From Nocardioides sp. (GTDB taxonomy: Bacteria > Actinomycetota > Actinomycetes > Propionibacteriales > Nocardioidaceae), in contig JBOFLH010000671.1 of the NCBI GenBank assembly GCA_051657765.1, positions 1 through 59,520 of the forward strand: a stretch of 59,520 bases of DNA, written 5' to 3'. This document shows, one piece after another, positions 8,821-19,148 of the stretch. Positions within the stretch are counted from its first letter, which is position 1, and the number at the start of each line of letters is the position of its first letter. The position numbers and the translations under genes are program-made. Under the pieces are notes generated by a model, which was not told where the DNA came from, searched no databases, and was given only the letters and a program-made list of their open reading frames with translations.

Positions 8821-11800
8821 CTAAGAGCCAGTGACTGGGCCAGGCTCTACCCGCGCCAGGAGGGAAGCTTCCTCGCGGACTCTGACGTCCTCGGGGTTGG
8901 TCGACGCGGTCTTCAGGAAGTCGGACGGGAGCGTGACCTCGACCGGCACCGCGCGGCCGGACAGGTCGGAGTAGATCGCTACAGCGCCGCGGATCACCTC
9001 GCCGGTATCGGGGTCGCGTAGGGCGCGCATCGAGTCCCAGTTGGGGGCGACGCCGCCGACGCCGCCCTGGGTGGCCTTCGCCGTGAGCCGGCGCATCCGC
9101 TCGGGGGTCGGCTCCAGCTTGAATAGCTCGCACGCAGCGGCTGCTTCGGACGGGTCCTCCATCGGCAAGATGAGGCCGCGGCTGATGTAGCCGGCAAGTC
9201 CGGCGTTCAGGGCGTCGGTGACCCGCTGCGTGAACAGCGACACGAGCACACCCATCGAACGCCCCAGCCGGCCAAGCCGTTCCACCTCCGCGCGGCCGGC
9301 CCCGAGAACCACCCACGCTTCGTCGAGCATGACGACGCCACCGCGGCCGGCGACCGCGGTGCCGGAGCCGAATACGATCATCCGGACCAAGGCCAGCGCG
9401 ATCCGTTGCTGGATCGACGCCGCCGGGGCACCGGGTTCGGGTAGGTCGAGGTTCGCTGAGCCGACCTTGATCAACGTGATGCCCTTCGCGGCCGACAGCG
9501 ACTCGCCGTGGGGGTCGAGGCCCGCGATGGCGCGGAACTGCGGACTGGAGGCGAGCATCGACTCGAACCTCTCGATTAGGCCCTCGGGGAGCGCGAGGTC
9601 GCGGCTGGCGATTCTCAACGCCTGGCCGATGCAGGTCGCGCCCTTCGATACGCCGTGGCTCAGCGCATGCTGGAGCGGGACCTCCATGTCGTCCTTGCGG
9701 GTGCCCCACGGGTTGATCGACAGGAGAACCGAGGCCGCCAGCTCTACCCCGACTTCGGGCTGCCGGGAGAACCGAATCGGGTCGAACACCCCGTCGGCCG
9801 AAAGCAGCGAGTCGAGCGAGTACACCTGTCCGCCGCTCAGGGCGACGACGGCACTCAAGTCGCTGGAGGCTTTCGGGTCGAAGATCACGACCGGTCGTTC
9901 CACTAGGGCGAACTGATGGGCCATGCTCAGCATCAAGACGGTGTTCGACGTCGGGACGTACTGCTCGCATAGATAGGTCCGGTCAGGCGAGTCGACGGTG
10001 ATGCAACGCCCCGGCTCGTAGTCCGGGTCACTCGGTTTCACCGGCTCAATGGCGGTGATATAGAGCCACGTCGCGGTCTCTCGCAGGGTAGCGGGCAGCC
10101 TCTCAGCTTTCCGGGGCAGGCGGAACACCGGCTTGTCGGTGGTGAACTTGATCCGGTGTCGGTCCTTGCATGTAACGAGCTGACCGTCGACGTCCCGGTA
10201 GCTGGCCGGTCGGTCCCAGGTTGCCGATGCCTTGATTCCGAGGGATCGGATGAGGTCGAGCGCGTCAGATGCGAGCCTACGGTCGGATAGCGAAAGCTCG
10301 CAGCCCCCTCGCTTCCCGATCGTGCCGTCGGTGTCCATCAGCCCTTGGAGCAACGCCAACCGCTGATCGACCGACGACCGCAGGTAGGCCGTGGGGATGT
10401 GCTTCTCGCCTAGCACGCCAATGGCTCGGAGGTCCGCCTGTAGGCCGTGAGTGCCAACCGTATTGTGGCTACTCGGTATTCGGTGAGCCTGGTAGCCGCC
10501 GTCCTGGATCGCGGCAATGAGTCTTTGCATGTCAGAGTCGCCAGAGTGTTCCGGGGCGTCGGACTGAGTGAAGGTGCCGCTTCCGCTACCTCCATCGCCT
10601 AGCCACGCCCCGAGCACATATGGGGAGACAAGCAGGTCGGCTTCCGGCAACTCAACCGGTTGCGCAGCCCTGATGGCAAAGTTCGCCTGGCTCCCTGGAC
10701 ACCGGATTCCTGCCGCCAGCATCTCGCCCGTGGTCATGCGGGATTCTGGCGCTGCGGAGACTGGCTTGATGTGGTGTTGCTCTGCTAGCCGGACGGCCAG
10801 GCACTTGATCGCGACGGCGACATCGAAGACGAGCACGTTGCACTTCTGGCTGTAGCCAGTGCCGAGCGGCATAACGACCTCGCGGTACGCTGGCGTTGGC
10901 TCGATTCGCGCACTAGCTAGCGACTTTCGGATCCCGCTCACCGTCGTCTTATTCGAGTCCTGCCCGAAGATCAACCGGCTTAGCTCCGGGATTGTGTTCA
11001 TCTGGTCTGTCGGGATGCCATCGGCTAGCGCGCGCTCAACCGCGGCAGTTTTCACCTTCTGCCACGCGCCCCAACGCGTCGCGTTTCCGCCCTTGGTTCC
11101 CTGCCAAACTGCGATCAGCGTCTCCAGCGCTGTGGCTGCCGGGTACAGAAGAACAGGGTCGGTCTTGCGTATCTCATTCTTGGCGAACTGGCGCGGTCGG
11201 GTGGTACTCACCTCCGTGAACGGAGCATCGACCGCCTTGAGCGCAGCCCGAACTGACAGCGCGTTGCGCCACCGCAAGTCCGGGACGGCGGTCAACACGT
11301 ACTCGGTTAGCTCGTCGAGCGTCATATCGCCGGAGGCTTGCTCAGCCAGCGCCAAGAGCTCGGCCACCTGCTCTTGGGCTCTACCCCATACCGCGACCGC
11401 CTTCAGGCGCTTCGGGGCGCGGGTGTAGTTCCGATCCCGCCAACTGGACACGAGCCACTGGTGATCGTAGTCAGCGAAAACCATCTGGCCGTCGGACAGT
11501 GTGATCCGGTACAGCTCCGGAGTCTCATTGACCGGCCAGAGGTTGACGACCCGGCACGGCTTGCCATCCCGGCCGATGACCTCATCGCCCACTCGGAGGG
11601 TACCCATGGTTGCGTAGCCTGTCGGCGTTGGGATGGGTGTGGAGAGACGGACGAGCTTGCCCGCGCCGGTTTGTCCGGGGATCACCATCAGCGGGGCAGC
11701 GTCGGCGGTGCTGGCCGCAGTGGGCGAAACGAAGGCCGGTTGACGGTCCAGTTCGGTGAACCCGATGAGGGCGCCGTCCTGGTCGCCGATCGCGTTCAGC

Positions 11801-13023
11801 GACGGGATCCCCGAGCAGGCGACGGTCTGGATCGGCAGGTCGTGGGTGTTCGGGTTGTCCCGGACCGGGGAGCACAGCATAGTCTCGGCGAGGGCGCCGC
11901 GCTGGCGGAATGCCATCAGCGACAACTTCACGACAGAACCGTCGGGCAGCACCCGGTCGATGTCGCCTACACGGCCGCTCAATGCGACGACAGCAGACGC
12001 GCCAGCCAGAGTCGGAGGCGGTGCGCCACCGGTGGCGTACAGCTCCTCCACCGACTGGAGAGTCGCGACCATTTCCTGTTGTTCGGCACGTTCCATCTTT
12101 CCGTTCGATACCCGCTCGTTGATGTCGTCCATGTGCCGCTTGCGCTGCCGGCGCAGCTCGGACCGGGTGACCGAGCCGGGCTCTACCTGGCCGCGGATCG
12201 ACACCACGAGCGCGCCTGCCTTGAGCAGCGTCGACACCCAGTGGGCCGACGGCGAGGTGGGGTCCATGAACCCGAGGTCGATGTCTTGGACCGAGGCGAA
12301 CGAGATCGCGTGCTGATGGGGCACCGTGACCGGAGTCCAGGTGTCGCAGGCGTCGGTTCCGGCGTCGGAGGCGAGCTGCACCGAGGTAGCGTCGCCGAAA
12401 ATGTGCAGGTGCTCAGCGTGGTTGAGCAGCGGTGTGTCCGGGTAGGAGCCGTGGTTCCACCAGGCGTTGGCAAGCCGGATCTGCTCCTGGGTGGGCTGCA
12501 TCAGCCCGGCGGCGTCGAGGACCGCGGCGACATGCTCTGAGTCGGCGTCGTAGTCCGACAGCGGCGTGGTGCCGGCGACGATCGTCTCGACGACCGAGTC
12601 GACGGCCGCGCGCATCCCCCCGGTTCCGCCGACCTTTGCGACCAGTTTCACCCCGAACAGCAGCAGCCGGCGGTCGGTAGCCACCTGGTAGTTGGCGCGC
12701 AGGTGGTCGGCCAGCGGGTTGTCCGGGGCCGGGGTGAACAGCTTCGGGATGTTCACCAGCAGCAGGTGGGTCTCTCGGTAGGAGCCGCGCGACATCTGCC
12801 GGCGCCCGCCGACCGAAGAGGCCATCCCCGCCAGGCCGGTGTAGGCCGACATCAGCGGGCCCGCGACCTCAAGGCCGTCGGCGGGGGACTTCGCGTGAAC
12901 GACGGGCGACATCGGGACCACCCGGTACATCCATACCGAGTTGTCGGTCCCCATCAGTCTGCCGTCGGACAGCCGGCCACGGAGCTTCGTCGGCCACGAG
13001 GGCACCTCGGTGATATCAGGCAT
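8821..13023 (-). CDS. VirB4-like conjugation ATPase containing an intein
   Basis: Walker A GQTGAGK|T split by an intein, IFDPK, MLDEAW, FTQR; follows the TcpC-like gene, whose end overlaps the ATG at 13023. Confidence 0.85.
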   Translation of the reverse strand: MPDITEVPSWPTKLRGRLSDGRLMGTDNSVWMYRVVPMSPVVHAKSPADGLEVAGPLMSAYTGLAGMASSVGGRRQMSRGSYRETHLLLVNIPKLFTPAPDNPLADHLRANYQVATDRRLLLFGVKLVAKVGGTGGMRAAVDSVVETIVAGTTPLSDYDADSEHVAAVLDAAGLMQPTQEQIRLANAWWNHGSYPDTPLLNHAEHLHIFGDATSVQLASDAGTDACDTWTPVTVPHQHAISFASVQDIDLGFMDPTSPSAHWVSTLLKAGALVVSIRGQVEPGSVTRSELRRQRKRHMDDINERVSNGKMERAEQQEMVATLQSVEELYATGGAPPPTLAGASAVVALSGRVGDIDRVLPDGSVVKLSLMAFRQRGALAETMLCSPVRDNPNTHDLPIQTVACSGIPSLNAIGDQDGALIGFTELDRQPAFVSPTAASTADAAPLMVIPGQTGAGKLVRLSTPIPTPTGYATMGTLRVGDEVIGRDGKPCRVVNLWPVNETPELYRITLSDGQMVFADYDHQWLVSSWRDRNYTRAPKRLKAVAVWGRAQEQVAELLALAEQASGDMTLDELTEYVLTAVPDLRWRNALSVRAALKAVDAPFTEVSTTRPRQFAKNEIRKTDPVLLYPAATALETLIAVWQGTKGGNATRWGAWQKVKTAAVERALADGIPTDQMNTIPELSRLIFGQDSNKTTVSGIRKSLASARIEPTPAYREVVMPLGTGYSQKCNVLVFDVAVAIKCLAVRLAEQHHIKPVSAAPESRMTTGEMLAAGIRCPGSQANFAIRAAQPVELPEADLLVSPYVLGAWLGDGGSGSGTFTQSDAPEHSGDSDMQRLIAAIQDGGYQAHRIPSSHNTVGTHGLQADLRAIGVLGEKHIPTAYLRSSVDQRLALLQGLMDTDGTIGKRGGCELSLSDRRLASDALDLIRSLGIKASATWDRPASYRDVDGQLVTCKDRHRIKFTTDKPVFRLPRKAERLPATLRETATWLYITAIEPVKPSDPDYEPGRCITVDSPDRTYLCEQYVPTSNTVLMLSMAHQFALVERPVVIFDPKASSDLSAVVALSGGQVYSLDSLLSADGVFDPIRFSRQPEVGVELAASVLLSINPWGTRKDDMEVPLQHALSHGVSKGATCIGQALRIASRDLALPEGLIERFESMLASSPQFRAIAGLDPHGESLSAAKGITLIKVGSANLDLPEPGAPAASIQQRIALALVRMIVFGSGTAVAGRGGVVMLDEAWVVLGAGRAEVERLGRLGRSMGVLVSLFTQRVTDALNAGLAGYISRGLILPMEDPSEAAAACELFKLEPTPERMRRLTAKATQGGVGGVAPNWDSMRALRDPDTGEVIRGAVAIYSDLSGRAVPVEVTLPSDFLKTASTNPEDVRVREEASLLARVEPGPVTGS
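9943..11655 (-). mobile_element. 571-aa class 3 intein with LAGLIDADG homing endonuclease
   Basis: Starts LVRLSTPIPTPTG; block B DHQW; PYVLGAWLGDG and LLQGLMDTDG; block F RCITVD; ends VPTSN followed by +1 Thr. Confidence 0.9.
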
Positions 13024-14020
13024 CTTCCTCACCCTTCTCAGGCGGAGCCGGCGCGACGGTGCGTCCGACGACGGCGTTGCCGAACTTCTTCAGCGACGGC
13101 CCGGCACCTTCGCCGCCCCAGGCCACCACTACCGGGGCGGCCGAGCCGGCCTTGTCGACCAGCACGTCGAAGCTGACGGTCGGAGCCTCGTCGCCCTCTT
13201 CGAGAGGGGAGTCGGCCCACGTGATCGAGAACGCGACCGATACGACGACCTGCTTCGGCGCGACATCTTCGCGGTCGGCGACCTCGACGTCGTCGTCCCA
13301 CCGGCCAAACGCTGCCCCCGTCTTCTGGTCAGTCAGCTTCGCCCCGATCAAGGGCACGTAGGCGTGGTCAGCGGCCCCGTCGCCGACGGCGATCCGCAAG
13401 GCGTCGGGATCGCCCGAACTGTAGGCAGTGGCCCAGGACGCGACGGCGGCTTCGATCGGCTCGCTCACCTGCACCTGGGTCTGGCCGGGCCAGATGTCGC
13501 CCTCCCAGGTCGCGTCGGATGGCGCTCGGGGAATCAGCGCCGGCTCGCCGAGCACGACCACCCCGGCCTCCGCGGAGACACCGAGGGTGACGGTGGAGTC
13601 GAAGAGGGCCCCTGAGACGGAAGCAAGGGCGAAACGGTGTGTCTCGATGCGGTCAGGGCCGGACTTGGTCGTATCGGCGGAAAGCCAGTCGACAACGCGA
13701 CCGCCGGGCAGAGGCGACGGGTCAGCGCCGAGCCAGTCGGCGATCGCGACCTTGGCCTCGGCCTTGGTTTCAGCGAAGGTGCCGCCGGAAGCGGCAGGCG
13801 TGGTGTCTGCCGCTGTGAAGTGCGACATCACCAGCAGGATGTTCCCGAAGATCGAAAACGGCGCGAGGATCAGCCCGGCCCACACGCACCGTCGGTAACG
13901 GCGGGCTCGCCTCGCCAACGCGTCGGCGTCGGGCAGCCCGGCCTTCGGCACCTCCTCGGCAGCCTCCCACCACGGTCGATTGACCGTGATGGTCCCGGTC
14001 TGCTTCCGGCGGCCCAGCAT
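13016..14020 (-). CDS. TcpC/VirB8-like conjugation membrane protein
   Basis: Single N-terminal TM followed by two similar-sized soluble domains; directly upstream of VirB4; TAATG coupling. Confidence 0.6.
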   Translation of the reverse strand: MLGRRKQTGTITVNRPWWEAAEEVPKAGLPDADALARRARRYRRCVWAGLILAPFSIFGNILLVMSHFTAADTTPAASGGTFAETKAEAKVAIADWLGADPSPLPGGRVVDWLSADTTKSGPDRIETHRFALASVSGALFDSTVTLGVSAEAGVVVLGEPALIPRAPSDATWEGDIWPGQTQVQVSEPIEAAVASWATAYSSGDPDALRIAVGDGAADHAYVPLIGAKLTDQKTGAAFGRWDDDVEVADREDVAPKQVVVSVAFSITWADSPLEEGDEAPTVSFDVLVDKAGSAAPVVVAWGGEGAGPSLKKFGNAVVGRTVAPAPPEKGEEDA

Positions 14021-14421
14021 TACTTCTTGACCAGGGTCGTGGCCGCGGCGAGCCGTGCCCGCGCAGCCTCGCCGAGCTTGATGACCGTCTTCGCCACAGC
14101 GAGTCCGGCCTTGCCGTCGCCGCCGGGCAGCGCCTGGGCCTTGCGCCCAGAAAGGCTCGCCGCTAGCACCCACACCGCCTTCAGGCGAGACCGTTCGAGT
14201 TGCACCGCGATGATCGCGGCCTCCATCGGGTCGCTCCCGGCGATGCGTTCCAGGTCAGCCAGCACCTGGGTCGATCCGCCCATGCAGATCGCGGTGGTCA
14301 ATTCTGCGATACCGGTACCGCACCCGAGTAGCCGAGCGGCGATGTCGACGACCTCCGGCGGCGCCTCGGCGACCTCTTGGGCCTTGCGGGCGATTCGTCG
14401 AACTGCGGTCTTGTCATCCAT
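14020..14421 (-). CDS. Hypothetical protein, first gene of the VirB4 operon
   Basis: AGGGAG RBS; coupled to the downstream gene. Confidence 0.7.
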   Translation of the reverse strand: MDDKTAVRRIARKAQEVAEAPPEVVDIAARLLGCGTGIAELTTAICMGGSTQVLADLERIAGSDPMEAAIIAVQLERSRLKAVWVLAASLSGRKAQALPGGDGKAGLAVAKTVIKLGEAARARLAAATTLVKK

Positions 14422-14453
14422 TTGAAGTTCTCCCTGAGATTGGGGGCCCTTCC

Positions 14454-14473
14454 CCCCACAGCCATGCGTAGAC
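14454..14473 (-). promoter_or_regulatory. Class II element promoter (VirB4 operon)
   Basis: GTCTACGCATGGCTGTGGGG, about 30 nt upstream of the ATG at 14421. Confidence 0.7.
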
Positions 14474-14477
14474 AGAA

Positions 14478-14517
14478 GGCGAACCCGGCTCCTGGGGACA
14501 TTGGAGCCGGGTTCGCC
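14478..14517 (-). terminator. Intrinsic terminator-like hairpin
   Basis: Perfect 15-bp inverted repeat GGCGAACCCGGCTCC / GGAGCCGGGTTCGCC with 10-nt loop, downstream of 14563..15045. Confidence 0.7.
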
Positions 14518-14562
14518 AGGGCGATCCGGCCGGGTGGGGAGATGGGTCCCAGCCGGATCTGG

Positions 14563-15045
14563 TCAGGCAGCGCCGAGGTCTTCGAGGTGCCGCAGGACGC
14601 GGACCTTCCGCTCGCCGGAGCCGATGGATTCGACCTCCACGTAGACGCGGACTTTCCGACCGGTGAGCGACCGTGCCGTCTGGGCCACGTATAGGCCCAT
14701 CGGGTCGTCAGTGCGCTCGGTGCGAACGAACTCTTGGCCCGACGGGAGTGTCTCCCCCGTGATGGGGTCCTTGTTCTCCCGTTCGGTGCCGGTTTCGAGG
14801 ACGACGACGCCCCGCGTGGAGCGCTTCTCCTTCCGCACGGACATCACGGAGCCGCTGAAGACCTTCACGCCGGACATCTGCTCGATGGACGCGACGACCT
14901 TCGAGTCCTCCCCAGCCATGACCGCAAGCTCAACTGCGGTGCTCTGAACTGCGAGCGACCATTCGGCCAGGCTGGCGTATCCGGTCTTCGGACCGGCCGC
15001 CACCACGGCGGCGGCGATCAGTTTGGTTCGAGTGTTGCTGTCCAT
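14563..15045 (-). CDS. Hypothetical protein (beta-rich C-terminus)
   Basis: AAGGAG RBS; class I motif upstream; hairpin downstream. Confidence 0.75.
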   Translation of the reverse strand: MDSNTRTKLIAAAVVAAGPKTGYASLAEWSLAVQSTAVELAVMAGEDSKVVASIEQMSGVKVFSGSVMSVRKEKRSTRGVVVLETGTERENKDPITGETLPSGQEFVRTERTDDPMGLYVAQTARSLTGRKVRVYVEVESIGSGERKVRVLRHLEDLGAA

Positions 15046-15080
15046 AGGCAGTGGCTCCTTGGTCCGGGGGAAACGCGGTC

Positions 15081-15115
15081 ACACCTAAGGTGAGCGGTCC
15101 GGCCGCAGATGCTCC
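15081..15115 (-). promoter_or_regulatory. Class I element promoter (leadered)
   Basis: GGAGCA-N12-CCGCT-CACCTT-AGGTGT. Confidence 0.65.
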
Positions 15116-15447
15116 CCGCTCCTACCTGGTGACCCGGACGATCGAGCCCAGGGCTCCGCGCTTGGTGGTCTCTTGCCGAATGGAGGTCGCCGCCGAGCAG
15201 GCTGTAGGCACACGAATAGTGGCCGGGCTCGGTGAGTCGGAAGCCCCGCGAGAACTTGACCTACCACGGTGTCATCGGATCACTCGTGGGGCGTGCCGAT
15301 GCGTCCACCGGCCATCGTGAGTGGCACGTTCTTGGTGCTACAGATAGCGGTCTTGTCCGATTTGTGGATTTTGCTGTTTCGGCATGTTGGGTGGCGTTGC
15401 GCGGCTACGATTCGAGTGGTTGTTGCTCTTTCTCGGGAGGCGATTTG

Positions 15448-15918
15448 ATGCCGTGGTCTGGTGAGGTTCTGGATGAGGTTTGGACCGAGGTTATCGGCGA
15501 TGCGGTTCGCGTAACCGTCACCAGAGTTTGCCCTGAGGAACGGCCGCTGGTTGATGAGGTGATCGAGAGCCGGTGTCGGGGGACTCGGCTGCGGGTCGAT
15601 CCGGTTGCGGGGCCTGTGCGGGGTGTCGGTTTCGGCGTTGAGTTGTTGATGCAGACTCAGATCTTGGTTGACATCGGGGTCCAGGCGGTAGCGCAGGCTG
15701 GCGGCTTGGCGGTGGTGTCGGGTGGGGCGTGGGGTCTGCGTCGTTGGCGTAGGCGCGGTACACCCGAGCGGGAGGCGCTTCCCGATGATTGGGCTGATCG
15801 GCTGAGGGAATCTGCGCGGCGTCATGGTGAGGCGTTCGAGATCGATCCGGCTGTGGTCGACCTGTTGGCCGATGCGCTGGTTGGTGGGACCGCGCATCCT
15901 GATCGTGAAGGTCGGTAG
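15448..15918 (+). CDS. Hypothetical protein, partner of the M48 peptidase
   Basis: CGGGAGG RBS before ATG 15448; stop overlaps the next start; VGFGVE motif. Confidence 0.65.
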   Translation: MPWSGEVLDEVWTEVIGDAVRVTVTRVCPEERPLVDEVIESRCRGTRLRVDPVAGPVRGVGFGVELLMQTQILVDIGVQAVAQAGGLAVVSGGAWGLRRWRRRGTPEREALPDDWADRLRESARRHGEAFEIDPAVVDLLADALVGGTAHPDREGR

Positions 15919-18884
15919 TGGAAGCGGCAGGGTTCGAGTCGCGGGTTGATGTTCGTACGACTGGTTTGCGGTTGGGGTGGTTGTACGGGATTTTGACGGT
16001 CTGGGTATTGGCGCTCGGGGCGTTTGTGGGAGCTGTGTTGTATTACTCCCTTCTCGAAGATCACATTGGTAGTAATCGGGAGTGTGTAGCCGCAGCTACC
16101 GAAGCGTACGAGGTGGATGCTCTGGACGACAGTTATTCACCGGCTGCGGCGACGGAGCGCCTGAATCGGTGTTTTGCTCCTTTTCGAGGCGAAGAAGCAC
16201 TGGCGATGGCCGCAGGGACGGTCGGTGTAGCGGCGATCCTTGTTGGGGCTTCAGTGGGTCGGTGCCGGTGGGACCTGTGGAAGTTGGGACGCGGTCTTCG
16301 GCAACAACCTGCATCTGTAGCAACCAATGGGGATCGCTTTGGTGAGGTGAGGCTTCGGTTCGATGAGTGGCGTTCTCGTTTCGGCCTCGACGAGGACGAT
16401 GTCGATCTGGTTGTTGGGGGCGTTGATGTGAGGGAGGCATCGACGTGTGCCGGGTTCGGACTACGGCCCCGGATCGTGATTCCACCGGCGTTGACTCATC
16501 TCGAACGGTCGGCTTCTTTTGACGCGATCGTGTGTCATGAGTTGGGTCATGTGGCGCGGCGGGACACGACCTGGGTCGGTTTAGTGCAGGCGTTGCGGTG
16601 GCTTGTGGTGCCGGTAACGGCCGTGGTCTACCTTCGCGACCTGCTTTTCGGGACCGGTGAGGACACTCTTGCCGAGTTGGCGGTGGGGTCTGCTCGGGGA
16701 TTGGGCGTGGCGCTCTTGTTGTTCTTGCTTGCCGGCGTGCTCTTGCGGGCGCGTGAGCTGGACGCTGACGCTGCCGCAGTTGCCGCCGGTCGCCGCCGCG
16801 AACTCGATCGGTTGCTGCGCGAGTATCAGCAACGAGACATCCGATTGGGGCGATGGCCGCGAGCGCGTGCCCTGTTAGCGACGCACCCCAGTCCCGCGCA
16901 GCGAAGCAGAGCGATAGCCGCCGAGGGGCGGTCCCCGCAGAGGATGTTGTTGTTCGTACGGGCTGCTGCTATCGCCGGGGCCGTAGCGCCACTCAGCTGG
17001 GTGGTGAGGCAGGCGAGCCTCAGCCTGCTGTACGGAGGCAACAGTCAGCCGGCGCTCGTCCTCGGCGCAGTCGTCGTTGGGGCAGTGATCCCATTCGTTG
17101 TGCCCCTACCGGGCCGGGGTCAGACTGAGTCCGATGAACTGGAGGCGGTGCCGTGGTCTACCGCACGGCTCCTGCTCGCGGCAGGCGCTTTCGTCGGGTT
17201 CACGGCCGGATCGTTGGCGATGCCGGGCCTGCAAATGTTGGACGTCGCACCAACGGGTATAACCCTCGTCGACGGGTTGTGGCCTGGAGCCGCCGCGCTG
17301 ACGGGAAGCGCCCTCATCTGCGCTGGAACCGCCTGCCTATGCGCTAGCCTCGCGGCCTGGTCGATGCGGCTGCGGACACCCGGCATCGTTACCCGAGGGC
17401 TCATGATGACGCTCGCGGTATCCGTCTCGACGACCAGCGTGTGGGTGATCACGTGGTTCGGCCTAGGCAACTGGCAGCCCGGAAGTCTCTACATGATCAC
17501 CTCTGACGCCGCATCGCCCTGGGTCGTCATGTCTCTGATGGCGCTGTTACCTCTCGGGTTTCTCCCGATCCTCGGTTTGGGAATCGCCTGCTTCAGGCAC
17601 GGGTTCCGTGCTGCGCTGCGGCGTGCGGTTCGGGTTTTGTGGCTGCCGATCGCAATAGGGGCGGTCGCAGGTGGTGTGTTCCTCGTCTGGATGTTGATAT
17701 GGCAGATCGCTGATCCATCAAGCGAGAACGACGCGGCAGCAATCGCGGCGGCAACCAATCGATACTTCCGCGGATTCGTTGCCGGCCTCATCCTCGGCGT
17801 CGTGGCGTTCGCGCTGTCGCGGCCCCACACCAAGACCGGCACGGTTCGGGCGGCCACAAACGCCTTGGTCGCTGGCGGGGTCGCCGGCCTGATCTCGATA
17901 GCAACGGTGGCCGCGTTCACAGCAGTGCGGATCTCGTCGTGGTACACGATCAAGACGTTCCTGGTGAACACGACGTTTTGGATCGTGTTCCTTCTCCCTT
18001 TCCTAGCATTGCTCGCAACCCTCGCGCCACACCACCGCCTACGGGCCATGATTTCAACTTGGTCGCGTCGAACCTGGCCAAGCAACAGATCGGTAGCCGT
18101 ACGCGTTAGCTGGAACACCGCAATCCTCGTTGCGGTTGCCGGTCTGGCCACTATGACCCACGTGGCCGTCCCCGACGTGTTCGACGCAGCGGACTTCGCG
18201 CTATCGCCCGATCCGCTACCCCCCGACAGAAAGCCCCTGGCGGCCATCCCTCCAGGTGATCGGATCGACCTGCGGCGGCCGCTCACCCAGGCAGAAGCCC
18301 GGCGAGTGAGCGATGCGGCCGGTGCGGTCCTCTCCATGGAATGGAAGCCCCAAACCGTGGAACCCGACACCGCTCGAAGCCGGGTCAAACCATCTCGCTG
18401 TCAGCCATTCGAAGACAACAAACCCTGGGCTGTGCCACCAACGCCCGCCAGAGAAGAGCAACGAGACTTCGCCACGTTCACCCCTGACGGAGACGACTGG
18501 GCGCTGTCGCGTCTATTGAGAATCAACGTTTCGTCGTACCGGAACCTGGTCGGCGCTGACCAGGTCACCCAGGTAGAACCATCGTGCAAGCGATTCATCA
18601 TCGGCGAGCTGTCTATAGCGATGAGGCCAACCCCAGACGTCCCCGTGCCCGGAGCCGCAAGAACCTGGCGAAACCGAGCCACATGGACACAAGAAGTCAA
18701 CGGTCGAGACACCGCCGTCGACTACCGAATCCTGATGATCGACACTGGCTACACCACGATCGCCCTCGACCTCTACGCACTCGACGACACCACCGCCGAC
18801 TGGAAACTCCTCGACCGAGCTGCCGACCAAGTAATCGCCACCCTCGACCGCATCCCCCCAAGCACATCCCGAGACGACCGCTGA
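15918..18884 (+). CDS. Multi-pass membrane M48 (HtpX-like) zinc metallopeptidase with C-terminal soluble domain
   Basis: HELGH (HExxH), RELDAD, ATHPS; many TM segments. Confidence 0.85.
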   Translation: MEAAGFESRVDVRTTGLRLGWLYGILTVWVLALGAFVGAVLYYSLLEDHIGSNRECVAAATEAYEVDALDDSYSPAAATERLNRCFAPFRGEEALAMAAGTVGVAAILVGASVGRCRWDLWKLGRGLRQQPASVATNGDRFGEVRLRFDEWRSRFGLDEDDVDLVVGGVDVREASTCAGFGLRPRIVIPPALTHLERSASFDAIVCHELGHVARRDTTWVGLVQALRWLVVPVTAVVYLRDLLFGTGEDTLAELAVGSARGLGVALLLFLLAGVLLRARELDADAAAVAAGRRRELDRLLREYQQRDIRLGRWPRARALLATHPSPAQRSRAIAAEGRSPQRMLLFVRAAAIAGAVAPLSWVVRQASLSLLYGGNSQPALVLGAVVVGAVIPFVVPLPGRGQTESDELEAVPWSTARLLLAAGAFVGFTAGSLAMPGLQMLDVAPTGITLVDGLWPGAAALTGSALICAGTACLCASLAAWSMRLRTPGIVTRGLMMTLAVSVSTTSVWVITWFGLGNWQPGSLYMITSDAASPWVVMSLMALLPLGFLPILGLGIACFRHGFRAALRRAVRVLWLPIAIGAVAGGVFLVWMLIWQIADPSSENDAAAIAAATNRYFRGFVAGLILGVVAFALSRPHTKTGTVRAATNALVAGGVAGLISIATVAAFTAVRISSWYTIKTFLVNTTFWIVFLLPFLALLATLAPHHRLRAMISTWSRRTWPSNRSVAVRVSWNTAILVAVAGLATMTHVAVPDVFDAADFALSPDPLPPDRKPLAAIPPGDRIDLRRPLTQAEARRVSDAAGAVLSMEWKPQTVEPDTARSRVKPSRCQPFEDNKPWAVPPTPAREEQRDFATFTPDGDDWALSRLLRINVSSYRNLVGADQVTQVEPSCKRFIIGELSIAMRPTPDVPVPGAARTWRNRATWTQEVNGRDTAVDYRILMIDTGYTTIALDLYALDDTTADWKLLDRAADQVIATLDRIPPSTSRDDR

Positions 18885-19148
18885 CCGCCAGTTCTCGAAG
18901 CCCGAACCTCATAGCTTCTGGCTGACCCAGACAAGCCCAGACCACTCACAAACCGCGCCGATACCAGTCATCCCGAAACCAGGACGAAGCAAGACAACCC
19001 TGCCGAATCTGCACTCCCGCCTCCAGAGAGCAGCAGCCCCTACACACCGAGGTTGTCCCGAGTTTCGTGGAACTTCGGTGGCGGTCCGGTGAATCGCGGC
19101 TGTGGTGCTGGTGCCGGCAGATGCGGCCAGATCGTGGCTTCGGTGTGG

